64,000 nucleotides of DNA from a virus (IMGVR_UViG_3300050142_000050:185639-249638); one strand, 5' to 3'. Shown: positions 56,801-63,960, numbered from the stretch's first letter. Numbers and translations are program-made. The notes: generated by a model from the sequence alone, not told the origin.

Positions 56801-57482
56801 TCGTATCTTGAAGTCGTATGCGACGGTATCCAACTCCTCGGCTACTTCGGATGCGCCATTCGTGATCGTGAATAAGTCTCGCGATACCTCGAGTGTAAAC
56901 ACACTCACGAGGAATTTGCGTATTGCGAGCAATGATATCGTTTCTGGTAGGACATGGGCTCGCGCCGGTGGTTACTACTATGACATCGATCTCGCCGGTA
57001 CTGTTTCTAATGCTGCCACTTACGGCGATAAGAGCGCAAAACGCATCGGTCGTCGTCTGGGTAGATACATCTCGCAACACATCGCCGGTACTCTCGTACG
57101 TGAAGCTTCCTTCCGTACAGGTTCTGCTGATCGTAGTGCTGATGGTACTATCCTGACCATCCCTCTGGCGTTCATCGGTAACGGTCTCACTCTCACAGTG
57201 GGTACTGGTGGTGATCGTAATGCACTGAGTGGCTGGTTTGTGGGCGGAACCCTGGTGGCTAACGATGCTACCACGATCGCTCGCATCCGTGCAGATAATT
57301 TGGCAGTCGAGTTGGTCAAGCTCTCCGGAACTTGGGCGGTCAGTGCCGAAACGAACGTACTATATGTAGATGACAAAACCAACGGTACTGTGGCGGCTGC
57401 TCAATTGAGCTTCCTCTACGACAACCGTGGTGGCTTCGATGGCCTCGAACCAGGCCTCCTCGTGGCTCCCAAACTGTCGTAA
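50802..57482 (+). CDS. 2226-aa tail fibre/adhesin-like protein: cadherin/Ig repeats, beta-helix, SGNH/SASA-like C-terminal domain
   Basis: Cadherin-like TIAENTPAG.TVG.L...GRFAL...NYE repeated twice; DARGVQR...PGAYE beta-helix end; WYSSGESA resembles SASA WYQGES. Confidence 0.75.
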   Translation: MSMYDYQRGVRAATPQGIDIEVSTSKTGVVARYQRYLRGTSESAISATLPSGVTFNTTSGELSLPTALTDGIIKAGNITEQLGSMILSTPFKLTGKAPTIYLNNLVLVNLTSAFSQQWVSAVYNLTSGSNRWAMASDGSTLSFSGDVLSGTFLTYGDIEVDVYEAAPGSIPPTRVSTSVITVSAPSLSSLVLSANTIAENTPAGQTVGVLTGMTPGTTLELSNSAGGRFALVGNHITTSSVNVNYEFASTYEVQVTERIGLTSRSTTFQIYTTNVFEQPDLSVLSLSTSNFRYTVGNTGSIVGATPGSTITPVTLPAGFSIDSSARTWTWDGTTPVGTVTMVLRETLNDSSNSGRTSTITITIVNPTVTLVQLSLSKNRATLNADSELLIIGATPGSTITGTVPIGMFIDSTNRKITGKPTTPGVTAINLIETHPYAANNNNPTVISFEVELVGTITPGTTWTGVSQSGYTSTPTDPVRTTAKPILRPIVVPEQTFSSTLLFGFGAGANNKGSLKNMGLKKVRVYFEGNVVDIPEPTYQTISDANGVARTYFGWWVRLARPNSTNGSGDVYAEAVPLDDSMQSRVMGPYTFHLNDVVYDRTVTVNSTQAAVAGSNYQTLSAALTYLKSVAARNPKITFTGGGPYTLAGSGGGSSYRISGYFNIEASAPVVFSQDTYNSASDQGRSTYDGLHFMGANITIDLKNITGIYHEGTTKKHWIDGISLTDSFGHYHIWDIGTSRQNLAAYVIRNGGWITEATFTNLANPGVSADLVRGCTFTGCYSDLVTDARCVVKTTSSGLLNTEYTDDLLAMTVVYSGTENTATFYWTGTYSAASRTFTATWGSNTASFVVYGNVSYKTSNTYWFADVVNWINGLGNGWSATLVDNTRRAMTASTAMGKAVATNSTPINVKGVTASIYSMLDIHSDWYQHTVSGADTNENVYVANNMQYDSICQNFFLTGPSKDFLFFNNAFHTPVKTTGYDQSDNLRSQYGSTHSHVVIAHNTHQNQTQRLSSGYIPDSYCLFANNSVKSFEWVAAATGTLTLTGNHIHSGQAVATYMVNTSIGGDLSSLYADSPNGVFYPTATLYNNMKPSVLDYDARGVQRGTSSVPGAYERADSLGDLTLTTNTVVENSPEGTVVGTISGKTAGSTLELVNTGSGRFALSGINIVTTGTSTDYETATAHSLSVRETLDGYINSGKLNIMTVNVTNVFESASLGVLSFSSVMLTQFSAQSGTISGKTAGSTLSISGSLPAGLTIDLVNQTWAWSGTGTIGVYVFDIVETLADSQNSGRTSTITLMVTNEVTAGTRLGLENTISTMSAGNTVTQPKGATVLGPQNGRGYTFTHSDVPYGTNIAYCCYVRTGASSNGYVRLETIFGVNGSTGDTVVGGGFFAITGLYKGSGATSTGISRDTTNGRVQTRRNGASSWQLWPQTTVGASLANIQFMPDTNYAVIYGVKSVSGSDYPYLIVVNMADGTVQSQTGATAIATPRPSGPLWSTYGCKGTASADRCGWGGDLGELMVMSGGTAITEASAAELANGKSFITLASEFGGTIIFRNMFDYRKVAADGTIASEVGSTASIIAGAIGMLPARRLRLGNVKLNRLGNFWVFPFGLNQTSGDVWFEGTAPAGMVVRCYIRYTDGTTSAYKDVTTDSNGKFSTFIGSPISKRFYRSAGPVSSPGEFHHECDVMDVGAVIPTFGGTESSLMYYHSHVSTSDGTESTTQNSGWSASTGVGSTSGPWGCVLDTVVFGTTTVLPIRAISSNPRPILLTGAGNLPDGADSLVRKIVTDRNISVMTVNLSRGSILAEELGLDNRTVSQSITLSGTGPYTGSVAMTLATMKTALSNILDSTDANALILNATMVNQVRPGTFQLDLGSGVVITDVKVDDATGTLTGPGGIIGTIKYVDTTTTNTPASFSITFPSAPASTTGTLTYRPKFERPDNSSASKTTGIDGYSLIDWVNGTANLGLRYGWTIGTMWYSSGESATDAATRANCVAKTELVRRILKSYATVSNSSATSDAPFVIVNKSRDTSSVNTLTRNLRIASNDIVSGRTWARAGGYYYDIDLAGTVSNAATYGDKSAKRIGRRLGRYISQHIAGTLVREASFRTGSADRSADGTILTIPLAFIGNGLTLTVGTGGDRNALSGWFVGGTLVANDATTIARIRADNLAVELVKLSGTWAVSAETNVLYVDDKTNGTVAAAQLSFLYDNRGGFDGLEPGLLVAPKLS
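51854..51877 (+). repeat. exact 24-nt intragenic direct repeat (other copy 54656-54679)
   Basis: GAACTCCGGACGCACTTCGACGAT. Confidence 0.9.
54213..54244 (+). repeat. exact 32-nt intragenic direct repeat (other copy 54495-54526)
   Basis: GGTACGATCTCGGGTAAGACCGCTGGATCGAC. Confidence 0.9.
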
Positions 57483-57488
57483 TCGAAA

Positions 57489-57512
57489 GGTGGGGGTGTA
57501 TACACCCCCACC
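57489..57512 (+). terminator. perfect 24-bp palindrome
   Basis: GGTGGGGGTGTATACACCCCCACC. Confidence 0.65.
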
Positions 57513-57668
57513 ACTTCACAGTCTTAGTTACGCTTACTGGATAATGTATGACAATGGAATATTGGTATTCTTAGCATTAGAGTACTATTATTCTATTGAT
57601 CTAGCATAGTCTGGTCAGGTTAGGTGGCGTACGACCTAATCTATTTAGTTCAATCCATGGAGATCTTT

Positions 57669-59102
57669 ATGGGCGTTTTCAATCAAAGCCTGCGTCTGGC
57701 GCAGAGCGCACAACTCAAGCGTATGGGTGAAGAAGAAGGAGCTCCCGAGCTGCCCGTCGATGGTACTGACACCGGCGAAGGCGATGATGGTGCTCCCATC
57801 GATACCGGCTTCGACCCCGAGATGGAAGACATCGACACCAACTTCGACGTCAATCCTGGTGAAGGTGAAGGCGACGACACCAATGGTCTGGAAGTCGAAG
57901 GCACGATGTTCGGCGGCTTCGGTCTGAACCTGGAAGGTGACGACGGTGAAGGTGAAGGCGATCCGATCGAAGGTGAAGGTGTGACTCAGTTCGACATCGA
58001 AGAACCTTCGGATGATCTGGGTGAAGTGCCCGAAATCGTCGAAGAAGCTGTCGACATGGAAGAAGAAGAAGCTGCGGCTGACGACTTCGCCGAGGGCGCT
58101 GATGAAATCTCGGCCGATGTCGAAATGCTCGGCATGATCGAAATCGAGCGTCAGGCGATCGTCGAATCGCGTGAACCGGTGCGTATTGCGCATTTCGGTA
58201 CGCTGGTGCGCATGGGCCTGCTGGCCGGCACTGCCGCTGGTAACATCGGCACGGAAAGCCTGGCTGGTCAGAACAACCTGACTGCCCTGGCCACCGAAGG
58301 TCTGGTCGACAGCGTCGTGAACAAGACCAAGGAAATCGCCAAGAAGGTCGCCGGCTTTGTGTCGGGTGCTTTCTCGAAGGTGGTGTCGGGTCTGGGCTCG
58401 GCATTCGGCAAGCTGTTCGGCGGTATCAAGAAGCTGGTGACTCAGCCTTGGGAAACGCTCAAGTCGGTCGGTCGCAAGATCAAGGCCCATCCGATGAAGA
58501 CCGCGCTGACTGTCGTGGCCGCTATCGCTGCTGCTGTGGCCGTCCTGACGCTGTTCGGTGGCAAGTTCCCGGTTGATGGGAAGCTGGGCACCTTCAACAA
58601 GTGGAACGCCCAGGTCAGCAAGGCTGTCGAAGATCTGATCGGCAAGTGTCCCTGGATCAAGAAGGCCGAAGGTCCCAAGCCTCTGGCTCTGGGTCATGAC
58701 GGCGCAACCAACGCCAAGGACGTCATGAACGGCGTCAAGTGGAAGAAGGCTCCGATGCCCGACGCCACTGTCATCGACGCTGCTGAAGCTGGTGTGTCGA
58801 AGGCTTCGGTCGGTGGCCTGGGTGCCAGCCTGAAGCAGTCGATGGAAAAGGCCAAGTCGGCTGTCAGCGGCTTCTTCAGCCGTTCGAAGGACGCTGCCAA
58901 GATCGCTCCTGACGCAGGTGCTGCTGCCGGTGGCGAAACCATCGGTGTCGGTGGTTGGGCTGCGGGCTTCATGCGCGGCCTGCGTGATGCCGGCAAGATC
59001 ATCAAGGATTTGATCTTTGGCGGTCTGTCGAACCTGTGGTCGATCATCAAGGGCTGGTTCGGCTTCTTCAAGGGCGGTTCAGCCGCTGCTGCCGCTGCCT
59101 AA
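57669..59102 (+). CDS. internal head protein paralogue B (long acidic propeptide)
   Basis: ATG 57669 after GGAG; about 150-aa D/E/G-rich N-terminus; GTE and ATE-GL motifs; GC-rich biased codon usage suggests high expression. Confidence 0.75.
   Translation: MGVFNQSLRLAQSAQLKRMGEEEGAPELPVDGTDTGEGDDGAPIDTGFDPEMEDIDTNFDVNPGEGEGDDTNGLEVEGTMFGGFGLNLEGDDGEGEGDPIEGEGVTQFDIEEPSDDLGEVPEIVEEAVDMEEEEAAADDFAEGADEISADVEMLGMIEIERQAIVESREPVRIAHFGTLVRMGLLAGTAAGNIGTESLAGQNNLTALATEGLVDSVVNKTKEIAKKVAGFVSGAFSKVVSGLGSAFGKLFGGIKKLVTQPWETLKSVGRKIKAHPMKTALTVVAAIAAAVAVLTLFGGKFPVDGKLGTFNKWNAQVSKAVEDLIGKCPWIKKAEGPKPLALGHDGATNAKDVMNGVKWKKAPMPDATVIDAAEAGVSKASVGGLGASLKQSMEKAKSAVSGFFSRSKDAAKIAPDAGAAAGGETIGVGGWAAGFMRGLRDAGKIIKDLIFGGLSNLWSIIKGWFGFFKGGSAAAAAA
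58463..58508 (+). repeat. 46-nt near-identical segment shared by head paralogues (other copy 59581-59626)
   Basis: Encodes SVGRKIKAHPMKTAL; 3 synonymous mismatches. Confidence 0.85.
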
Positions 59103-59124
59103 TAACCAGTGATTATTCAATGAC

Positions 59125-59154
59125 AGTAGAGTCGGGGACGACCCCGACTCTACT
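59125..59154 (+). terminator. intergenic hairpin, 13-bp stem
   Basis: AGTAGAGTCGGGG-ACGA-CCCCGACTCTACT then TATTTT. Confidence 0.7.
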
Positions 59155-59176
59155 TATTTTCAAGGTATACAAAGAA

Positions 59177-60538
59177 ATGACTGATCTAACTTACGATATG
59201 ATGCAGATTGCCAGACAATCTGCATCGCTCGAGAAGCAGGGTATAGCTCTCCATAATAAGGTACTGATTCTGCGCGATATCAGACGATCGGGGGGTACTA
59301 TAACTAGAGCCCATTTCGGGACCATGATGCGACTAGGTCTCTTCGAAGGGGTAGCGGTAGGCGCGATTGGTATGGAAGCACTTTCGCTTAGTAATACGTC
59401 TGAGCTAGGTCTGGAAGGTCTGAGCGATCATATTCGTGAAAAGGCGAGGGAGTGGGCGTCGAAGATCGCCGAGTTCGCCTCCAAAACTCTGTCAAAGATC
59501 AAAGAGAAGGCCCATGTCATTGGTAGTAAAGTGCGAGATATCATCCGTAAAATCGGAAGTGATATTTCTGCATTCGGCCAGTCGGTCGGTCGCAAGATCA
59601 AGGCTCACCCGATGAAGACCGCTCTGGCTGTCGTGGGGACTATAGTAACCGCGGTCGGTATTCTGACTATGGTAGGTAAGAATTTCCCACAGAGCGGGAG
59701 TCCGTTATCAGTCTTCAATAAGTGGAACGACGACTTCAACGCGAAAGTGGCTTCTCTCAAGAAGAACTGTCCTTGGGAAAATAAAGACTTTGATTCAGAA
59801 AAGGAGATTTCCGAAAAGGATCTCGGCATCTCAAAGTCGAGTATTGAAAAACTCGATAAGGATCTCGACGGAGTAGTTTCCAAGACTGATGGAAATATCT
59901 CATCAATCTCCGAGAAATCCAAAGCTGCCGAAAAGGAGGCCACCAGTACTTCGGGGGATTCTGAAGAAAAGGTGACGGGTACTGATTTCGCATCAAAATT
60001 TATGTCGGCGGTGAGTACCGCAATTTTGGTGTTCAATAAGTACATCATTGGCGGTATGAATAAGATCAATCAAATCGTCAATAAATGGAAGAGTATCGCT
60101 AGGACGTTCAGTAAGGATTCGAATACTTCAGGTAAGAATCAAAATGGTGAATACGACCACGTCTACGTGATCGTAGCTAAACTGGGTGATCTGAGGAAAA
60201 TTGGCGAAGATAAAAGTGATTTACTTGAGAATATAAAAGAAACATTCGGATTTTTACTTTCTTTCAAGATCACTGATGAAGCAGACTGGAGAGATATTCG
60301 TCAAGAAGAAGAGTTGGAATCAATCTCCTCTCTCTCAGAATATAAAGACTCTCCTGATATCAAAGAGGTTATTTTAAGTTTCATCATCACATCAAAACTC
60401 GATACTATCAAGAAAAACTACATTGATGCGGCCCGGGCCCTAAGAGATGCAATTGAAGAGAATAGTGTACATAATTTGAAAATTTGGTCGCGTCCTGCTG
60501 GCTTCTACGCGCCAAAACGTGGCTTCACCCCAGGATAA
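59177..60538 (+). CDS. internal head protein paralogue C with AT-rich C-terminal extension
   Basis: ATG 59177; shares (A)HFGT.(VM)R.GL, GME/GLE-GL, SVGRKIKAHPMKTAL and FNKWN with paralogue B. Confidence 0.75.
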   Translation: MTDLTYDMMQIARQSASLEKQGIALHNKVLILRDIRRSGGTITRAHFGTMMRLGLFEGVAVGAIGMEALSLSNTSELGLEGLSDHIREKAREWASKIAEFASKTLSKIKEKAHVIGSKVRDIIRKIGSDISAFGQSVGRKIKAHPMKTALAVVGTIVTAVGILTMVGKNFPQSGSPLSVFNKWNDDFNAKVASLKKNCPWENKDFDSEKEISEKDLGISKSSIEKLDKDLDGVVSKTDGNISSISEKSKAAEKEATSTSGDSEEKVTGTDFASKFMSAVSTAILVFNKYIIGGMNKINQIVNKWKSIARTFSKDSNTSGKNQNGEYDHVYVIVAKLGDLRKIGEDKSDLLENIKETFGFLLSFKITDEADWRDIRQEEELESISSLSEYKDSPDIKEVILSFIITSKLDTIKKNYIDAARALRDAIEENSVHNLKIWSRPAGFYAPKRGFTPG

Positions 60539-60543
60539 AGTAG

Positions 60544-60567
60544 TACGGGTGGTAGCTACCACCCGTA
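60544..60567 (+). terminator. perfect 24-bp palindrome
   Basis: TACGGGTGGTAGCTACCACCCGTA. Confidence 0.65.
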
Positions 60568-60585
60568 TTAAAGAAACACTAGTTC

Positions 60586-61605
60586 TTGTGTTTCAAAATA
60601 ATACCGATCATGTGTACACCACTTTTCGTGATGGAGGGTACAGTGACCAGTCGATCCAATAGCGGAGGAAGCAAATTCACCATGCGTGACGGGCAGATCA
60701 TGGAAACGGTGGAGAAGATGGTCACCAGTATCTCTTCTCTCAAAAAGATCACTCATACCAGGAATGCTTCCCCTGTGTTCATAGTGGTCAAGTTACCCAA
60801 TATTCAAACTCTCAATACGGATAACAAAAAGCGCTATCTGCTTTTCCTCAAGGCCATGTCCATCATCCAATCGAAATACTTCGTGAGGTTTGTGGTGGAT
60901 GGTCATGTCACCGGATATGGCGACACCGATGGTGTGTTCTACACGATCGATGGAGAAGTGCGTGACTTCGCGACTATCCGGTGGGAAGTGAATTTCCTGG
61001 ATACGGGTTATATCCGTATTTCAGAATTCCGTACCAAGAAGACCAAGATGCATTCTGTCATGCAGATGCTCCAGTCCTATCTCGATACCGAAGTCGATGA
61101 TCTCTTCGTGACATCGGATATCGATTATACTGGCCTATTCGCGATGGCTAAGGAAATCGGTGATAGGATCCTACCTGTAGAGATGAGGTCTCGGATCTTT
61201 TCTGATCTCACGATCTTGATGATCGTAGATCGCTCTGGGCTCGCTCCTAGGATCATCGCACGTGCGATGCAGGGGATGAGTGACCTCTATCTGGATTCAC
61301 GCTACAAGAGGTCTATATTTGCTATTTCGACAGCCAGTAGCCGTATGCCCGATATCCTGAGACCTGAGTCTGTCGGTATGATGGAATCGATGAGCGATCT
61401 CATCCATGACATCTCCGGCGCATCACAGTGTGAACGTCATGATGTTTCCAGTCCTGAGGTCTATAGCCTCATGGAGACATTAGCTGCTTACACGAAGTAT
61501 GCAGGATCGTCATCCAAGTGGCCAGGTATGATCAATTCGATCGTGATCGATCCAGGTCCTGATAATGAAGGAGTCCCCATTACAGCTGTGGCTCCGTTGG
61601 ACTGA
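60586..61605 (+). CDS. hypothetical protein (start uncertain: 60586/60610/60631)
   Basis: 339-aa ORF. Confidence 0.7.
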   Translation: MCFKIIPIMCTPLFVMEGTVTSRSNSGGSKFTMRDGQIMETVEKMVTSISSLKKITHTRNASPVFIVVKLPNIQTLNTDNKKRYLLFLKAMSIIQSKYFVRFVVDGHVTGYGDTDGVFYTIDGEVRDFATIRWEVNFLDTGYIRISEFRTKKTKMHSVMQMLQSYLDTEVDDLFVTSDIDYTGLFAMAKEIGDRILPVEMRSRIFSDLTILMIVDRSGLAPRIIARAMQGMSDLYLDSRYKRSIFAISTASSRMPDILRPESVGMMESMSDLIHDISGASQCERHDVSSPEVYSLMETLAAYTKYAGSSSKWPGMINSIVIDPGPDNEGVPITAVAPLD

Positions 61606-61612
61606 AAATGAG

Positions 61613-61796
61613 TGGGATTGTGTCGTCATATTACCAATGTGATTAAGGAGAACAGTGCGGTAGCGTTTGTCTATCTCATGAAATTCTTTTCTAGTGACCT
61701 TACCTATCGTTTGGACACAAGGAGAGCTTAATCACTAAGCTTATCATTTTTACAAATGAGGAGAGGATTCGTCCTAGCCTCTCTGACCCAATCCCA
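61613..61796 (+). other. candidate structured RNA leader upstream of phuZ
   Basis: Nested inverted repeats TGGGATTG/CAATCCCA and GTGATTAAG/CTTAATCAC, plus GGTA- and TTCG-loop hairpins. Confidence 0.4.
61627..61642 (+). promoter_or_regulatory. phiKZ-type early promoter upstream of phuZ
   Basis: CATATTACCAATGTGA, intergenic. Confidence 0.65.
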
Positions 61797-61819
61797 TAAG
61801 TCCTAATGGAGTAATCACA

Positions 61820-62833
61820 ATGAACACTCAGACCAAAGTCCCCTCGACTCCCAAGATGCTCGTGATCGGTGCTGGTGGTTGTGGTATCAATATCGCACGC
61901 ATGGTCGATTCGGTCCCTGGGATCGCTGTCGAATATTTCGACACCTCGGACGCAAACGTCCGTGAAGGCGATACCAGTTTCACCATCGTCGGTAGTGGTC
62001 GTGGTAGTGGTGGTAACCGCGCTGAAAATGCAGCCAAGATCGAAGCTGATGTCTCCAAGCTCGACCTGAGTGGTCGACTCGAATTCGACATCGTGGTGGT
62101 CGCCTACTCGGCATCGGGTGGTTCGGGCAGTGTGATCGGTCCGGTCCTCTCGCGAGTGCTGGCATCGCGCAAGCCCGATCTGCGTCTCGTCAACCTGATG
62201 GTGGCCGACTCGGGATCTGGTGTATGGGCCACCAACACCTCGGGTACTCTCGAGACCCTGGAAGCCATCTGTGAGGATCTGAACCTGCGGTTGCCGTGCA
62301 TGATCTTCGAGAACCGTCCGGGCATGGCCCGCTCGCGCGTCGATGAGTGCATCTTCGTACAGTTGGCTTCTCTGATCGAAGCTATGGTGGCACCGACCAT
62401 CGAGATGGACACCCAGGATCGTCTGAACTTCCTGGATCCGTCCTCGGTGATCGATACGACTGTCGGTCTCAAGATCCTGGTCACCGGCCGTGAAGGTGAC
62501 ACTTCCGATGGCGACCTGATGGTCGGTTTCGGTCGCGATGGTATCGCGGACTCCCTGATGGCATCGCTGGTCGATGACGGTGGTGATCTGGGCAGTCTGA
62601 TCTTGAAGAAGGATTCCAACTTCAAGAAGATCGGCTATCGCATCCCTGATCACAAAGGTTCATCCGTGTGGTGTGCCACCTACAGTGACATCAGTGCTAT
62701 CGAATCTGTGATGTCGAATATCGACACGATGGTCGGTAAGATCGACTCGCAGGTCCAATCGTCCTACAGCTTCCGCAATCGTCGCGGGAACACTGGTGGA
62801 CGTGGCGTCATCGGTGCAGGCCGTACGCGCTAA
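61820..62833 (+). CDS. phuZ: PhuZ/TubZ phage tubulin
   Basis: VIGAGGCGINIA, GSGRGSGGNRAEN, SASGGSGSVIGP tubulin signature, EMDTQD T7-loop acidic residues. Confidence 0.92.
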   Translation: MNTQTKVPSTPKMLVIGAGGCGINIARMVDSVPGIAVEYFDTSDANVREGDTSFTIVGSGRGSGGNRAENAAKIEADVSKLDLSGRLEFDIVVVAYSASGGSGSVIGPVLSRVLASRKPDLRLVNLMVADSGSGVWATNTSGTLETLEAICEDLNLRLPCMIFENRPGMARSRVDECIFVQLASLIEAMVAPTIEMDTQDRLNFLDPSSVIDTTVGLKILVTGREGDTSDGDLMVGFGRDGIADSLMASLVDDGGDLGSLILKKDSNFKKIGYRIPDHKGSSVWCATYSDISAIESVMSNIDTMVGKIDSQVQSSYSFRNRRGNTGGRGVIGAGRTR

Positions 62834-62848
62834 TCCGACAAAAGGAAA

Positions 62849-62872
62849 GTGGAGGGGGATTTACCCCTCCAC
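62849..62872 (+). terminator. hairpin after phuZ
   Basis: GTGGAGGGG-GATTTA-CCCCTCCAC then TTATTTTTT. Confidence 0.7.
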
Positions 62873-62924
62873 CTTCTGACCTTATTTTTTGTTTCACAAA
62901 ACAGAATCGAAAGAACCTGTCCCA

Positions 62925-63407
62925 ATGTCTACCACGAATAAGGAATTGATCGTCGATATCGACAAGAGTCTGGAGGCAACTGAGGCCGAAATCGGCGAAG
63001 CCCTCGCAGGTCTGGGTCCTGATATCCAGAATAACTTCTTTGACATGAGCGTCGGGAAGATGAAGCTTTTCGAGGAACTCGCTCCTCAAGGCTTTGGTGA
63101 CATGGTGGAAGACCCAGTCGCAGCTCTGATGCAGCTGGTCGTCTCATGTGGGCTTACGATCCGTCGTGTGGCAGCTAACCTCAAGGTTACTGATCCCATG
63201 ACGAACAAAGTGTCGTCTTTCTCGCGTCTGGCTCTGGAAGCCATGTTCCGCGGTGAGCGTCCTATGCCCATGGAGGTATATGTCGCAATCAATGAGATGG
63301 CCAATGCTTTTGACAAAGATGGGCAGCGTTCGCGTGTTTCGCTCGTCAAGGACATCAAGCGCAACAATGCTCCTCCCAAGAAGAAGCGCCGTATCGCGCA
63401 TCGATAA
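62925..63407 (+). CDS. hypothetical protein with XRE-like HTH and basic tail
   Basis: CGLTIRRVAANLKV...LEAMFRGERPMP; C-terminal PPKKKRR. Confidence 0.65.
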   Translation: MSTTNKELIVDIDKSLEATEAEIGEALAGLGPDIQNNFFDMSVGKMKLFEELAPQGFGDMVEDPVAALMQLVVSCGLTIRRVAANLKVTDPMTNKVSSFSRLALEAMFRGERPMPMEVYVAINEMANAFDKDGQRSRVSLVKDIKRNNAPPKKKRRIAHR

Positions 63408-63421
63408 CAAAGGTAGCTCCT

Positions 63422-63946
63422 ATGAATCCCATCATCCAAATCATCGGACCCAAGCGGTCTGGTAAGGATACCGTGGGAGAAATCCTGCGTCATGCTGGTT
63501 ACAATCCATGCAGCTATTCACTCTTCTGTACAGAGAAAGTGATGATGCCCTACTTCGCCAGTAAGGGTGTGCTGTGGATTAGTCCTGAAGCTTGCTACAA
63601 TGCCCGTGATGACTTCCGCCAAGAGTGGTACGATGAGATCCGTCGTTATCACGGTGATGAGCTGCACAAGGTGACATCTGAGATGATCACTGAGGACTAT
63701 GATTGTCTGATCGGTATCCGTCATCCTGAGGAATTTACAGCAGGTCGTCATTTGATCGATATCGTGGTATGGGTAGATGCCTCTACTCGCATCCAAGGTA
63801 TCGAAGAGTCCGATCCGACTATGAACATCTCTCGAGACAATGCTGACTATGTCATCAGCAATAATGGTGATCTCGAAGATCTCCATACCGAGGTGCTCGG
63901 TTTCTTGGCATATATCGAATCTCAACGCATCGCTAACGACGGATAA
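63422..63946 (+). CDS. deoxynucleoside monophosphate kinase-like P-loop protein
   Basis: IIGPKRSGKDTV Walker A; GIRHPEE and DYVISNNGDLEDL motifs of phage dNMP kinases. Confidence 0.75.
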   Translation: MNPIIQIIGPKRSGKDTVGEILRHAGYNPCSYSLFCTEKVMMPYFASKGVLWISPEACYNARDDFRQEWYDEIRRYHGDELHKVTSEMITEDYDCLIGIRHPEEFTAGRHLIDIVVWVDASTRIQGIEESDPTMNISRDNADYVISNNGDLEDLHTEVLGFLAYIESQRIANDG

Positions 63947-63960
63947 AAAGATAGGTATAG

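Noticed and set aside
57645-58697. 350-aa minus-strand ORF; similar long antisense ORFs at 24410-25576, 43542-44525, 46060-47313, 52833-53945 and 61700-62653
   Set aside because: They lie opposite well-supported plus-strand genes whose codon bias (few TTA/CTA/TCA) removes antisense stops. They have no RBS or recognisable motifs
61678-61731. 17-aa ORF MKFFSSDLTYRLDTRRA in the phuZ leader
   Set aside because: The nearest AAGGAG is too far upstream and points to a GTG that stops after two codons; no support without ribosome profiling
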